16,811 nt of DNA, from IMG/VR virus record IMGVR_UViG_2579778842_000004; one strand, given 5' to 3'. This DNA is from a virus (Duplodnaviria; Heunggongvirae; Uroviricota; Caudoviricetes). Made by a program: the position numbers and the translations under genes. The stretch's first letter is position 1, and each line of letters starts with the position of its first letter. The notes beneath the pieces were generated by a model that did not search any database, was not told the DNA's origin, and saw only the letters and a list, made by a program, of their open reading frames with translations. Shown one piece after another: positions 9,031-16,314 of this stretch.

Positions 9031-9350
9031 CGTTCTGTATGTCAGGTTTTGACAGGTTTTTTATGGACTCTAAAAACTATATTTATGGTGTCGCATTACT
9101 CTTCACGGCAGGCGCTTTCCAGTTCTGCCCTTGCTTCTGGCTCCATTGGTAATTTGATTCGAAATCAGCTATGCGGATGGTTTGCTGAACAGGCATAACA
9201 ACTTCTCAGAGGCTGTTTTTTTGAACTACGAAAATTTCGTAGTGCTCACTTTCAAAAACGTCACGCCCTTGTACACAGGATTTTACGAAAGTCTCGTAAA
9301 GCACTCTCTGATGCCAGCCAGATGTTGTGCTCATCAATTCAGTCACGTTG

Positions 9351-9461
9351 TGTTGGTTCAAAATGCCGTGTTGTTGGTTCAGTGTTGGTTCAATAAAAAG
9401 AATAAAATCCTTATAAAACAATACTCTTTACAAATTGAACCAACTGAACCAACTGAACCAA
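9351..9461. repeat. Iteron cluster B: 3 GTTGGTTCA (9351, 9372, 9383) plus 3 tandem TGAACCAAC (9435-9461)
   Basis: Read directly; mirror image of cluster A, immediately downstream of the primase stop (9488). Confidence 0.65.
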
Positions 9462-9487
9462 CACCTTTTCTACGCACATGAAGAAGC

Positions 9488-12250
9488 TCATTCTTCAGAT
9501 GAGTTATAATCTCCTGGCTGGTAATTGAGTACATAAACGTTTATTTGTCGTCCCTGAATACGTGGTGATTTTCTTTGGTATCCACGACCGCTGTTTGGTG
9601 GGGTTAGCATCCCGGCTTTTTTCAACACTTCAGCAAACTGTTTTGCGTTGAAACCACATGCGATCTCCTTTTCAAATGTGGCCGGGAATGTGTAGAAAAT
9701 CATTGGGCTTTCGTCATGTTCTCCACGCTGACGGTATCCGGCTAAATCTTTGATGGGCAAATCTGCCGGGCTGTATGGAAATGGTGCAAAACGGCTAAGC
9801 CCATAGGCATTAAGAAATGCCTCCGTTTGTTCAATAATCTGCTGATGCTCTTTGTTACCTGTGCCGAACTCGCGCAACCATGCGTTATAGCTGTGCTGTA
9901 TCGCATCACGGCATGTCTGAGCATCCCAGCCTGTTACAACCTCGCCTAACAACAATGCGGCCTCCAGAATGGCAAATCGCGCGGCTACACGGTGAACCTG
10001 CTCACCATAATCGGATGGGATCAGGCTTCTCCATCTGCTTTCGCAATCACGAACAGTTTTAATAGCCTGTTGCTGGTGGTCTGCCAGCCATTTAATCCAC
10101 TCACGCCCGGCTGCGCCATGGTGATGCTGGTAAGCGTCTTTCAGTGCGTCTGCGTGCTGTTTTCCGTTCTGGTAATCGTGAAAGCGTACTGCTTTACTCA
10201 ACGGAATATTCAGCAGTCGCACCAGTTGCCCGGCTTTGGTTTTTCGCCCGGAAGTAGCGATAAATGTTTCTAAATCCATTTCTCCGGTGCTGATTGCCAC
10301 TGTGCGCCAGCGTTTTAGATCCCGGTTTCCACCATCTTTAGCGCCTTGCAGTTTCCCTACACCGTTAAATAACGCATAGGCAGACTGTGAAACACTGACA
10401 GGATCAGCGCCCTGACCAACTTCATCAAGCGGCATTAGTCCGTCATTGTGGGCGGCAGCTTCATTTGCCAGCCCCAGCGCGGTTCCGTACCACGTCAGCC
10501 GCAGTAAATCAGGGTTGCCGTATAAGCTGCTCGCCACGTTTGCCGTGGTGGTCTTACCTGCGCTCGACTGCTCATAGAAATGAATGCCGAACCCGTCAGC
10601 GCCCACCAGCCCAATCAATGGCGCTGCCAGTGCTGCGCCGATCCCGGTCATCATTGAATAGTTACCAAAGGCCAGACGCGCCACGTTATCACGCCAGCTT
10701 TTCGCGCTCCCTGAGACGGTATATCCGGCTGCGGCTGAGCTTCTCCCGCTGAACAGCACAGGATTTTCAGGTGTTCCGATGATTTCCCCATCAGGCATGA
10801 TGTACGCTCCGCATTGCCAGCCAGTGGCATGAGCAACACGCCACAATTCACGAGAGCCACTGCGTTGTAGCCAGTCTGCCAGTATTGCTCTGAGGCTGCT
10901 TTTGGTCGTGACATTTACCCCACCAGCTTTCAGGGTGCGCCAGCCTTCACGCTCGCCAATATCAGCCAGCGGGATAGCCGCTGTTGTCGGTATGCCTGCA
11001 CCGAATGCCAGCCATGAGATAATAAGATACTGATCTTTGTCGTCGCGTCCCGTGCCGATAACCTCCAACGGGGAACATAACCAGCTTTCAGCGTTGACGA
11101 TCTCCCCGCTTTCCTTGTCCACCTTCGGCGTTACCCAGAAAACGCCATCTTTGCGGCTCTCAATGTGGGGTTTTAGTGGATCTTTCTCTGGATGGTCAGT
11201 TTTACCGCCCTCAATGGCTTGCAATCGCGGTTTCACGGCTTCCCCTTGAATCTGGTACATCGAATCGTTAAACGCAGCCGTAGCGACTTCCAGCCCGTTT
11301 TGCTGGCGGTAGTCGTCCCAGTCGGCTTTGTAGTCTGTCGGCGGCAGTGCCACCCAGCCAGCCACGGATAAGGCGGCTTTCTCTGCGGCATCTTTGCCCG
11401 TGTTCGCCTGTTCGTCCTGCTGGTGGTCGTTATCTGCGGCAATGATAATCTGCGTGGCTGGATATATCCGGCGCATCACTTCGGCAACGGGTAGCAGGTT
11501 GCCCGCATCAATGGCGCACACTGTCAGCGCGTCAGGGCGCATCAGGTGGACTGATAAAGCGGTTGCCAGCCCCTCGGCAATTAAAACGCTCTGCGGCGAT
11601 TCTGGCGCGTTTACGGCGTGATATGCCCCGCGCTTTGCTGAACCTGTCAGGAGTCGCTTCTCTCCCTGCGGTGTAATGGTTTGCGCTGCTGCCACTGCGC
11701 CGGATTCGTCCACCAGCTCCAGCAATAACGAACCATCCGGCATAACCGGATAGTTAAACCCGGTCAGCCCTTTTGATTGCAGGTAATCAGATTCGCCCTG
11801 TGTGGCACTCTGGCGCATTCCGGCATACAGATGGGCAAACGTAGCCCTTCGCTGCTCTGCGTCCTCTGCTGCCTGTTTCTGGCGCTCCTGCTCACGCTGC
11901 TGGCGGTCAGCTTCCAGTTGCTCCCTTCTATGGCTCGCTGCCACCGGGTCGGATTGCGCTGCCCGGTAATCAATACCCAGAACATCAGCGACAAGAAGCG
12001 CCGCCTCTGTTGTGTCGCAGTTATTTACGCGTTTAATTAAATCCAGCCCATCACCAGCGCCGCACTGATTACAGATGAAGCTACCGCGCCCGTTGTCATC
12101 GAACCGGAATCGATCTTTGCCCCCACATGCAGGGCAGGGAGCATGACGGCGCGGAGAGTCAGGGACATTTATGTTCAGGCAGCCCAGCACATGAGGCCAG
12201 TTGTTTTCAGACGCACTGATAACCTGACGGATAAGATCAATGTTTCGCAT
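9488..12250 (-). CDS. Primase-helicase, P4 alpha-like (N-terminal zinc ribbon, TOPRIM, C-terminal P-loop NTPase)
   Basis: 920 aa. Zinc ribbon CPACGG...FICNQCG; TOPRIM-like VLIAEGLATALS ... IIIAADNDHQ; Walker-A-like FYEQSSAGKTTTANV. GGGGG 5 nt upstream of ATG. Confidence 0.9.
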   Translation of the reverse strand: MRNIDLIRQVISASENNWPHVLGCLNINVPDSPRRHAPCPACGGKDRFRFDDNGRGSFICNQCGAGDGLDLIKRVNNCDTTEAALLVADVLGIDYRAAQSDPVAASHRREQLEADRQQREQERQKQAAEDAEQRRATFAHLYAGMRQSATQGESDYLQSKGLTGFNYPVMPDGSLLLELVDESGAVAAAQTITPQGEKRLLTGSAKRGAYHAVNAPESPQSVLIAEGLATALSVHLMRPDALTVCAIDAGNLLPVAEVMRRIYPATQIIIAADNDHQQDEQANTGKDAAEKAALSVAGWVALPPTDYKADWDDYRQQNGLEVATAAFNDSMYQIQGEAVKPRLQAIEGGKTDHPEKDPLKPHIESRKDGVFWVTPKVDKESGEIVNAESWLCSPLEVIGTGRDDKDQYLIISWLAFGAGIPTTAAIPLADIGEREGWRTLKAGGVNVTTKSSLRAILADWLQRSGSRELWRVAHATGWQCGAYIMPDGEIIGTPENPVLFSGRSSAAAGYTVSGSAKSWRDNVARLAFGNYSMMTGIGAALAAPLIGLVGADGFGIHFYEQSSAGKTTTANVASSLYGNPDLLRLTWYGTALGLANEAAAHNDGLMPLDEVGQGADPVSVSQSAYALFNGVGKLQGAKDGGNRDLKRWRTVAISTGEMDLETFIATSGRKTKAGQLVRLLNIPLSKAVRFHDYQNGKQHADALKDAYQHHHGAAGREWIKWLADHQQQAIKTVRDCESRWRSLIPSDYGEQVHRVAARFAILEAALLLGEVVTGWDAQTCRDAIQHSYNAWLREFGTGNKEHQQIIEQTEAFLNAYGLSRFAPFPYSPADLPIKDLAGYRQRGEHDESPMIFYTFPATFEKEIACGFNAKQFAEVLKKAGMLTPPNSGRGYQRKSPRIQGRQINVYVLNYQPGDYNSSEE

Positions 12251-12262
12251 TCTGGCCCCCGT

Positions 12263-12865
12263 TTAGTGCGTCACTGGTGCTTCTGGGATGCCGTTTTCGT
12301 TTAGTTCGGCAATAAAGCTGTTGTGAAGATCGGCAAGCACTTCTCGCCCAAACGAAGTGAGTGTTCCCTGTTCGACATCGAACATGTTGCTGTAAAAAAT
12401 GATGGCATTCTTTGTTCCGACATCAACACCATATTTCTCGATCATTGCGCCCTCAATGTTGTTTGCCATAGCGAGGCGCTCTGCTACTGGATACAGCGGC
12501 ATGGCGACGATGCCATTGGAATAAACAGAAACCACGGAATGATTGCCACTGTCATCAATAATGCTGACGGTGCCGTTTTCCTTTCTCATTTCATTGATGA
12601 ATGCTGTTGCTATCAGCCAGCGCCACATAATCACGTGATGCTGTGATGTGTAATCGAAATATCCCTGGTTGCCGCCACTGGCAATAGCGAGATGTATAAA
12701 CATGCCTTCATCTGGTTTATCGTCATAATCCCCGGCATCCAGACGATTTACGGCATCAATATATGAGACGGTCTCAACGCGTTCTGTCATGCCATCGTTG
12801 CTGCGGTACATGATGTTTACGCCGTCAGGCGTTGCTTCTGCATGGAAAGTTAAGAAATTATTCAT
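12263..12865 (-). CDS. Hypothetical protein (200 aa)
   Basis: Start moved to ATG 12865 (MNNFLTFHAEATPDG...), which overlaps the stop of the upstream 73-aa gene. The track start 12970 would overlap that gene by 35 codons. Confidence 0.6.
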   Translation of the reverse strand: MNNFLTFHAEATPDGVNIMYRSNDGMTERVETVSYIDAVNRLDAGDYDDKPDEGMFIHLAIASGGNQGYFDYTSQHHVIMWRWLIATAFINEMRKENGTVSIIDDSGNHSVVSVYSNGIVAMPLYPVAERLAMANNIEGAMIEKYGVDVGTKNAIIFYSNMFDVEQGTLTSFGREVLADLHNSFIAELNENGIPEAPVTH

Positions 12866-13079
12866 GTTTCGCCTCGCCTGAATGATTCTGTAACTCATAT
12901 TTGCCCAACAATTCGTCTGCTTCCTGAATAGCTTCTGGTACGCCATTGAGCAGTGACATAACCGCGCCAATCATTAACTTGTCTCTGTTGCTGGGGCTGG
13001 CCCCTTCAAGCCAGAACCCTAAAACAGTCTGAACCTGTTCGATACGACATTGCGCTTCAATGAGCTGGATGTTGGTCAT
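12858..13079 (-). CDS. Small acidic hypothetical protein (73 aa)
   Basis: Member of a chain of stop/start-overlapping small ORFs on the minus strand. Confidence 0.5.
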   Translation of the reverse strand: MTNIQLIEAQCRIEQVQTVLGFWLEGASPSNRDKLMIGAVMSLLNGVPEAIQEADELLGKYELQNHSGEAKHE

Positions 13080-13339
13080 TTCGCACTCTCCGCATCGATT
13101 AAACTGATATCTATCAGAGAGGTAACTTTTTGTAGCCAGCTAGTGATTACTGTCGCCTGTTCCCCTCCCACCGATGGAAGAATCTCATTCATCACATGAA
13201 CCAGACCTGTGCGCGCTCTGGTAAGCCGTTCAGTCGTGCGATCTGCAAGAGTGAATGTGTCTGGATATGGCTCTTCACGGCTCAGCAATGATTCAATTTC
13301 CAGCTCACACGGATGACGATAAATTAAGTTGATATTCAT
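13076..13339 (-). CDS. Small acidic hypothetical protein (87 aa)
   Basis: ATGA overlap with neighbours on both sides. Confidence 0.5.
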   Translation of the reverse strand: MNINLIYRHPCELEIESLLSREEPYPDTFTLADRTTERLTRARTGLVHVMNEILPSVGGEQATVITSWLQKVTSLIDISLIDAESAK

Positions 13340-13530
13340 TTTTCACCCCCAAGAATTACCAGCTCTGCACGGGCATCGTTAACCAAAGATGAGCACGCTT
13401 TAATCGCATCCACGACATCAGTAGCGTCCATTTCTTCAGCCGAAAGACTGACAGCAACCAGGACAGCCGCTGCTTGCTCGATTAATTGAAGTGCGGACGT
13501 AAGGCGAGGGGTATTAATTGAGTTATTCAT
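13336..13530 (-). CDS. Small acidic hypothetical protein (64 aa)
   Basis: ATGA-type overlap with neighbours. Confidence 0.5.
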   Translation of the reverse strand: MNNSINTPRLTSALQLIEQAAAVLVAVSLSAEEMDATDVVDAIKACSSLVNDARAELVILGGEK

Positions 13531-13741
13531 TGGTTTCCCCCGTTTTTACTGGCATTTCGCCACCTTCCAGCAGGAAATGAACGTCACGAACGGCGAGATC
13601 CAATATCGCGAGTAACGCCTTCAGTCTTTCGTCTCGTGAGGGAGAGTTGCTCACCAGAATGTCGTTAATCACTTCTGTCAGTGTGATGATCTGGCTTGTG
13701 CGTTCGAGGGGATCCATATGCACATCGTAGGTTTTAATCAT
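13523..13741 (-). CDS. Small acidic hypothetical protein (72 aa)
   Basis: ATG 13741 with GGAGGTG 6 nt upstream; overlaps the stop of the 13734-13928 ORF (CATGATTAA). In frame with the long 13523-14551 open frame. Confidence 0.5.
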   Translation of the reverse strand: MIKTYDVHMDPLERTSQIITLTEVINDILVSNSPSRDERLKALLAILDLAVRDVHFLLEGGEMPVKTGETNE

Positions 13742-14551
13742 GTGCCACCTCCATGCGGATACGACCAGCAAAAAAGCAGACGTGATCGCGCACCAGAGAA
13801 CGGCGAGCATCGCGTTCAGACTCGGCAGCAATATGATGAATTTTGGCGGTAATTGTCGGGCAATCGCGGCGAACTGCGGCGATAATCCAGATAAATTGCG
13901 GTTTTTGGGTAGGGGTAGTAGCCAGCATGTGGCAGCCTCCTTGATTGATGGTTTATAGCCACCGCCGGAGGTCCTAAGCTCGCTGGCGGTGGACTGTACA
14001 GGGTTAGGACTACTGGCAATCAAGGAAACCAGCCTGACCGAAGTCAGCCCCATACAGCCCACCATTGATAAGGTGTGCGTGTGCGCCGATACAAAAAAAG
14101 ACGCTGGCGCGTCATGTATCGCCTCGATTGCCTGCGGGGTCCTAATCCCGGCACCCGTTTTATGAGGTGCCTTATAACCATAAACCGTGTTGCCGCATAA
14201 CGGCAAGCTCTTTTTTATGGACTCCGAAAACTCACTATTGGAAGCACCAGATGCACAATACATCGCGCTCATTTCGTTAACGTCACGCACGTGGACGAAT
14301 GTTTTTGTGGAGTCACTACACGAGCAGAACAGGTGATCTACGACCAGAAATTCTCTGGCGCAGCCGCTGACCTTCTCAACGCTAACACCATCGACCGTAA
14401 TTTCTGACATAGTTAAGGCATCCGCTCCTACCACCAGCAAATGATAAACTTTGCTTGTATCTGCTGTATTAATGCCTGACTTTGCTGTCATATTGCTGGA
14501 TTTTGGCGACATACCAGCCAGTGAAAATGTCTTCTTCTGGACGGTTAGCAT
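13523..14551 (-). CDS. Long uninterrupted open frame (342 codons); N-terminal about 150 codons look coding, middle section coincides with RNA structures; possibly composite or frameshifted
   Basis: ATG 14551 has GGAGG 7 nt upstream and overlaps the upstream stop (ATGCTAA). No in-frame stop until 13523; a T7 run sits at 14099-14093. Alternative annotation is the two small ORFs listed separately. Confidence 0.3.
   Translation of the reverse strand: MLTVQKKTFSLAGMSPKSSNMTAKSGINTADTSKVYHLLVVGADALTMSEITVDGVSVEKVSGCAREFLVVDHLFCSCSDSTKTFVHVRDVNEMSAMYCASGASNSEFSESIKKSLPLCGNTVYGYKAPHKTGAGIRTPQAIEAIHDAPASFFVSAHTHTLSMVGCMGLTSVRLVSLIASSPNPVQSTASELRTSGGGYKPSIKEAATCWLLPLPKNRNLSGLSPQFAAIARQLPPKFIILLPSLNAMLAVLWCAITSAFLLVVSAWRWHMIKTYDVHMDPLERTSQIITLTEVINDILVSNSPSRDERLKALLAILDLAVRDVHFLLEGGEMPVKTGETNE
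13734..13928 (-). CDS. Small basic hypothetical protein (64 aa)
   Basis: ATG 13928 preceded by textbook SD AAGGAGG (13942-13936, 7-nt spacer). The SD lies in the 3' arm of a predicted RNA stem. Confidence 0.45.
   Translation of the reverse strand: MLATTPTQKPQFIWIIAAVRRDCPTITAKIHHIAAESERDARRSLVRDHVCFFAGRIRMEVAHD
13936..14113 (-). promoter_or_regulatory. Structured RNA leader/attenuator-like region (minus-strand transcript)
   Basis: 5' to 3' on the minus strand: hairpin GACGC-GCCA-GCGUC then U7 (14113-14093); CUGAC-UUCG-GUCAG tetraloop hairpin (14047-14034); 9-bp long-range stem CCUUGAUUG (14025-14017) pairing CAAUCAAGG (13947-13939), which contains the SD of the 13928 ORF and encloses an 8-bp hairpin CCACCGCC/GGCGGUGG (13992-13959). 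Confidence 0.4.
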
Positions 14552-14727
14552 TTGTTAACCTCCGCGAACTCCTTCATGAAACGCGCCAGCGGTTGTACGC
14601 ATGGCGATTGATACCCGTCGCGATAGAACGTCACTCGGTTGTGAGACACGCTTTCGACAGTAACGAGTGCTCCGTGGGCATCTTTGTAGCGTTTTTGAGG
14701 TTGTGGTGTTCCTGTAGGCTTAAACAT
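14545..14727 (-). CDS. Small hypothetical protein (60 aa)
   Basis: ATG 14727 with GGAGG 6 nt upstream, 4 nt after the AntA-like stop (MFKPTGTPQPQKRYKDAHGALVTVESV...). The track start 14814 would overlap the upstream gene. Confidence 0.5.
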   Translation of the reverse strand: MFKPTGTPQPQKRYKDAHGALVTVESVSHNRVTFYRDGYQSPCVQPLARFMKEFAEVNKC

Positions 14728-15553
14728 GGACCGCCTCCAGACGCTTAGCGAGCCAGCGTTGCGACAGGCGGGTGAGTTCTCCTTTGCGCTGCTCATATTC
14801 CATGCCCATATCAATTAACGTGATATTGGTGCTTTCGAGATATGAGAGGTGCTCAAGTTGTTCTGCGTTCATATGGTCGCGAGGTTCGCCAGAATAGCCA
14901 TTTATCCGCGCCCACTGCTTAGCAGTTAGCCCACCAAGAACGATACGAGAAATCATATTGCTCTCGTTTGTGTAGTGGTGTTGCTGCGTCGTTTTCCCCT
15001 GCTCGGCACGGGCCATATTCAGCGCATCGCACATTGGCTTAAAGTTGTTTGCGGCACTGATACGGGCTTTTAGCTGGCGACGATAGCGGGCGGCGATTTC
15101 AGGAACGCTACGCTGTAATTCTTCCTCGCACTGGATGAAATAACGGCGGATAGCGCGCCCCTGATCATTGCGTTCGATCATTGCCAGTTCTTTCGCCATT
15201 CCGACACTTAACAGATAGTCTTTGCCGGGTCTGCCAGAGTGCTTAATCTTGCTGTAAGCCGTGCCATTCGGGCTTTTCCCCAAATTTGGGGAAATTGTTT
15301 TATGGACTGAGTAATCGTGCCCAATGGTGAAGTCATATTCAGAGATGCGATCAGTGATCCATGTAGAGAAGTCTTTTCCCACGCCCAACGCTTTGTGTAA
15401 CGCTTTTGCGCTAACAATATTGGTTTCACGCCCACCGATATGACCAGGAATAACCGGGACAATTGCGGCAAATTCATTACCGTTAATTGTGCCCAGAGAG
15501 GCGTTCAGATGAGGGGCGGCCTCAGAAATTAATCTGCTTTTTTCGATGTTCAT
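14720..15553 (-). CDS. Phage antirepressor-like protein (AntA-type N-terminal domain)
   Basis: 277 aa; N-terminal segment ...NIVSAKALHKALGVGKDFSTWITDRISEYDFTIGHDY... matches the AntA/Bro-type signature as I recall it; GGAGA 7 nt upstream. Confidence 0.7.
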   Translation of the reverse strand: MNIEKSRLISEAAPHLNASLGTINGNEFAAIVPVIPGHIGGRETNIVSAKALHKALGVGKDFSTWITDRISEYDFTIGHDYSVHKTISPNLGKSPNGTAYSKIKHSGRPGKDYLLSVGMAKELAMIERNDQGRAIRRYFIQCEEELQRSVPEIAARYRRQLKARISAANNFKPMCDALNMARAEQGKTTQQHHYTNESNMISRIVLGGLTAKQWARINGYSGEPRDHMNAEQLEHLSYLESTNITLIDMGMEYEQRKGELTRLSQRWLAKRLEAVHV

Positions 15554-15565
15554 TTTCAGTCTCCG

Positions 15566-15997
15566 TTAGGCGGCGTTAAACGCGTTCGGGTAGAGTTTCA
15601 GAATGTCGGCAATTTCCTGCTGAGAAAGTCCGTTGTGATCATTTATGTTCGCAAGATGGTTAACATGAGTGATCACTTTCAGAACATCACCACGGCAGGA
15701 GAAACGGTAGCGAAGGTGTGTTCCGATACCATCAGGATTCTTTTCGTCGATACGCTCCAGAGTGATTCCAAGCTGGCGTTCTAACTCTGTTGCATAGTTA
15801 CGACCAGAAGACAGACGGCAGTAGCGAAGAATGTCATTTTCTGTCCATCCCTCTATACCAGTACGCAGCATATAGACTCTGGCACGATGCTTTTTCGGTG
15901 TGCGCTTTGGTTCTTGAAGGGATTTTGTAAGGGGCGTAACATCAGATACGCGAATATCTGAATTAGCCGCCTGTAATGGGCGGTTTTTCTTTTCCAT
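15566..15997 (-). CDS. Hypothetical protein (143 aa), translationally coupled to the AlpA-like gene
   Basis: ATG overlaps the AlpA-like stop (TGATG); AAGGTGG 5 nt upstream. Confidence 0.6.
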   Translation of the reverse strand: MEKKNRPLQAANSDIRVSDVTPLTKSLQEPKRTPKKHRARVYMLRTGIEGWTENDILRYCRLSSGRNYATELERQLGITLERIDEKNPDGIGTHLRYRFSCRGDVLKVITHVNHLANINDHNGLSQQEIADILKLYPNAFNAA

Positions 15998-16200
15998 CAG
16001 GCCACCTTCCCGCGGCGTTCTGCCAGCCAGTTGTGAATCTCAACCGCATCAAACGCAGTTATTTTTTCTCCCAGCTTTACCGGACGTGGTAGTGAACCGT
16101 TTCTTACTTTACGGTCGATGGTGGATACACTAACGCCCAGCAATTCAGCCAGGCGGAAGCGTCTGATATAGCCTTTTGTAGGAATAGTGTCGGTGTTCAT
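15997..16200 (-). CDS. alpA: AlpA-family / excisionase-type helix-turn-helix regulator
   Basis: 67 aa; RFRLAELLGVSVSTIDRKVRNGSLPRPVKLGEKITAFDAVEIHNWL fits the AlpA/Xis HTH pattern; first gene of the long minus-strand operon. Confidence 0.75.
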   Translation of the reverse strand: MNTDTIPTKGYIRRFRLAELLGVSVSTIDRKVRNGSLPRPVKLGEKITAFDAVEIHNWLAERRGKVA

Positions 16201-16204
16201 GCTT

Positions 16205-16259
16205 CCCGTAACCTCTTAGCGATAGTTGTTGCTTCGTTACGGGAGGAAGTATCTGTACA
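16205..16259 (-). promoter_or_regulatory. Leader of the AlpA-like gene: 8-bp inverted repeat around the SD plus one TGTACA motif
   Basis: CCCGTAAC (16205-16212) and GTTACGGG (16236-16243) separated by 23 nt; AAGAGG lies at the loop/stem junction; tgtaca at 16254-16259. Confidence 0.35.
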
Positions 16260-16270
16260 TATATGAACAA

Positions 16271-16298
16271 TAAAAAGGCACAGTAATGATACTGTGCC
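16271..16298 (-). terminator. Rho-independent terminator downstream of gene X
   Basis: Minus strand: stem GGCACAGU / ACUGUGCC (16298-16291 / 16284-16277), 6-nt loop, then U5 (complement of A-run 16272-16276); 17 nt after the stop at 16315. Confidence 0.55.
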
Positions 16299-16314
16299 TG
16301 AATAGTTAGCTACT

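Noticed and set aside
9742-11994. Short ORFs nested inside or antisense to the primase gene (e.g. 9742-9924, 9992-10273, 10465-10752, 11777-12040)
   Set aside because: All lie within the well-supported 920-aa primase-helicase ORF and have no SD or coupling; they look like GC-rich frame artefacts.
13816-14019. Minus-strand ORF 13816-14019 (Pro-rich 67 aa) and plus-strand ORF 13740-13958
   Set aside because: Pro/Ser/Arg-rich translations without SD; they coincide with the hairpin-rich leader and are better explained as RNA structure.
14728-14814. Longer start for the 60-aa ORF (track 14545-14814)
   Set aside because: It would overlap the end of the AntA-like gene by 29 codons; ATG 14727 has a GGAGG SD and sits 4 nt after the upstream stop.
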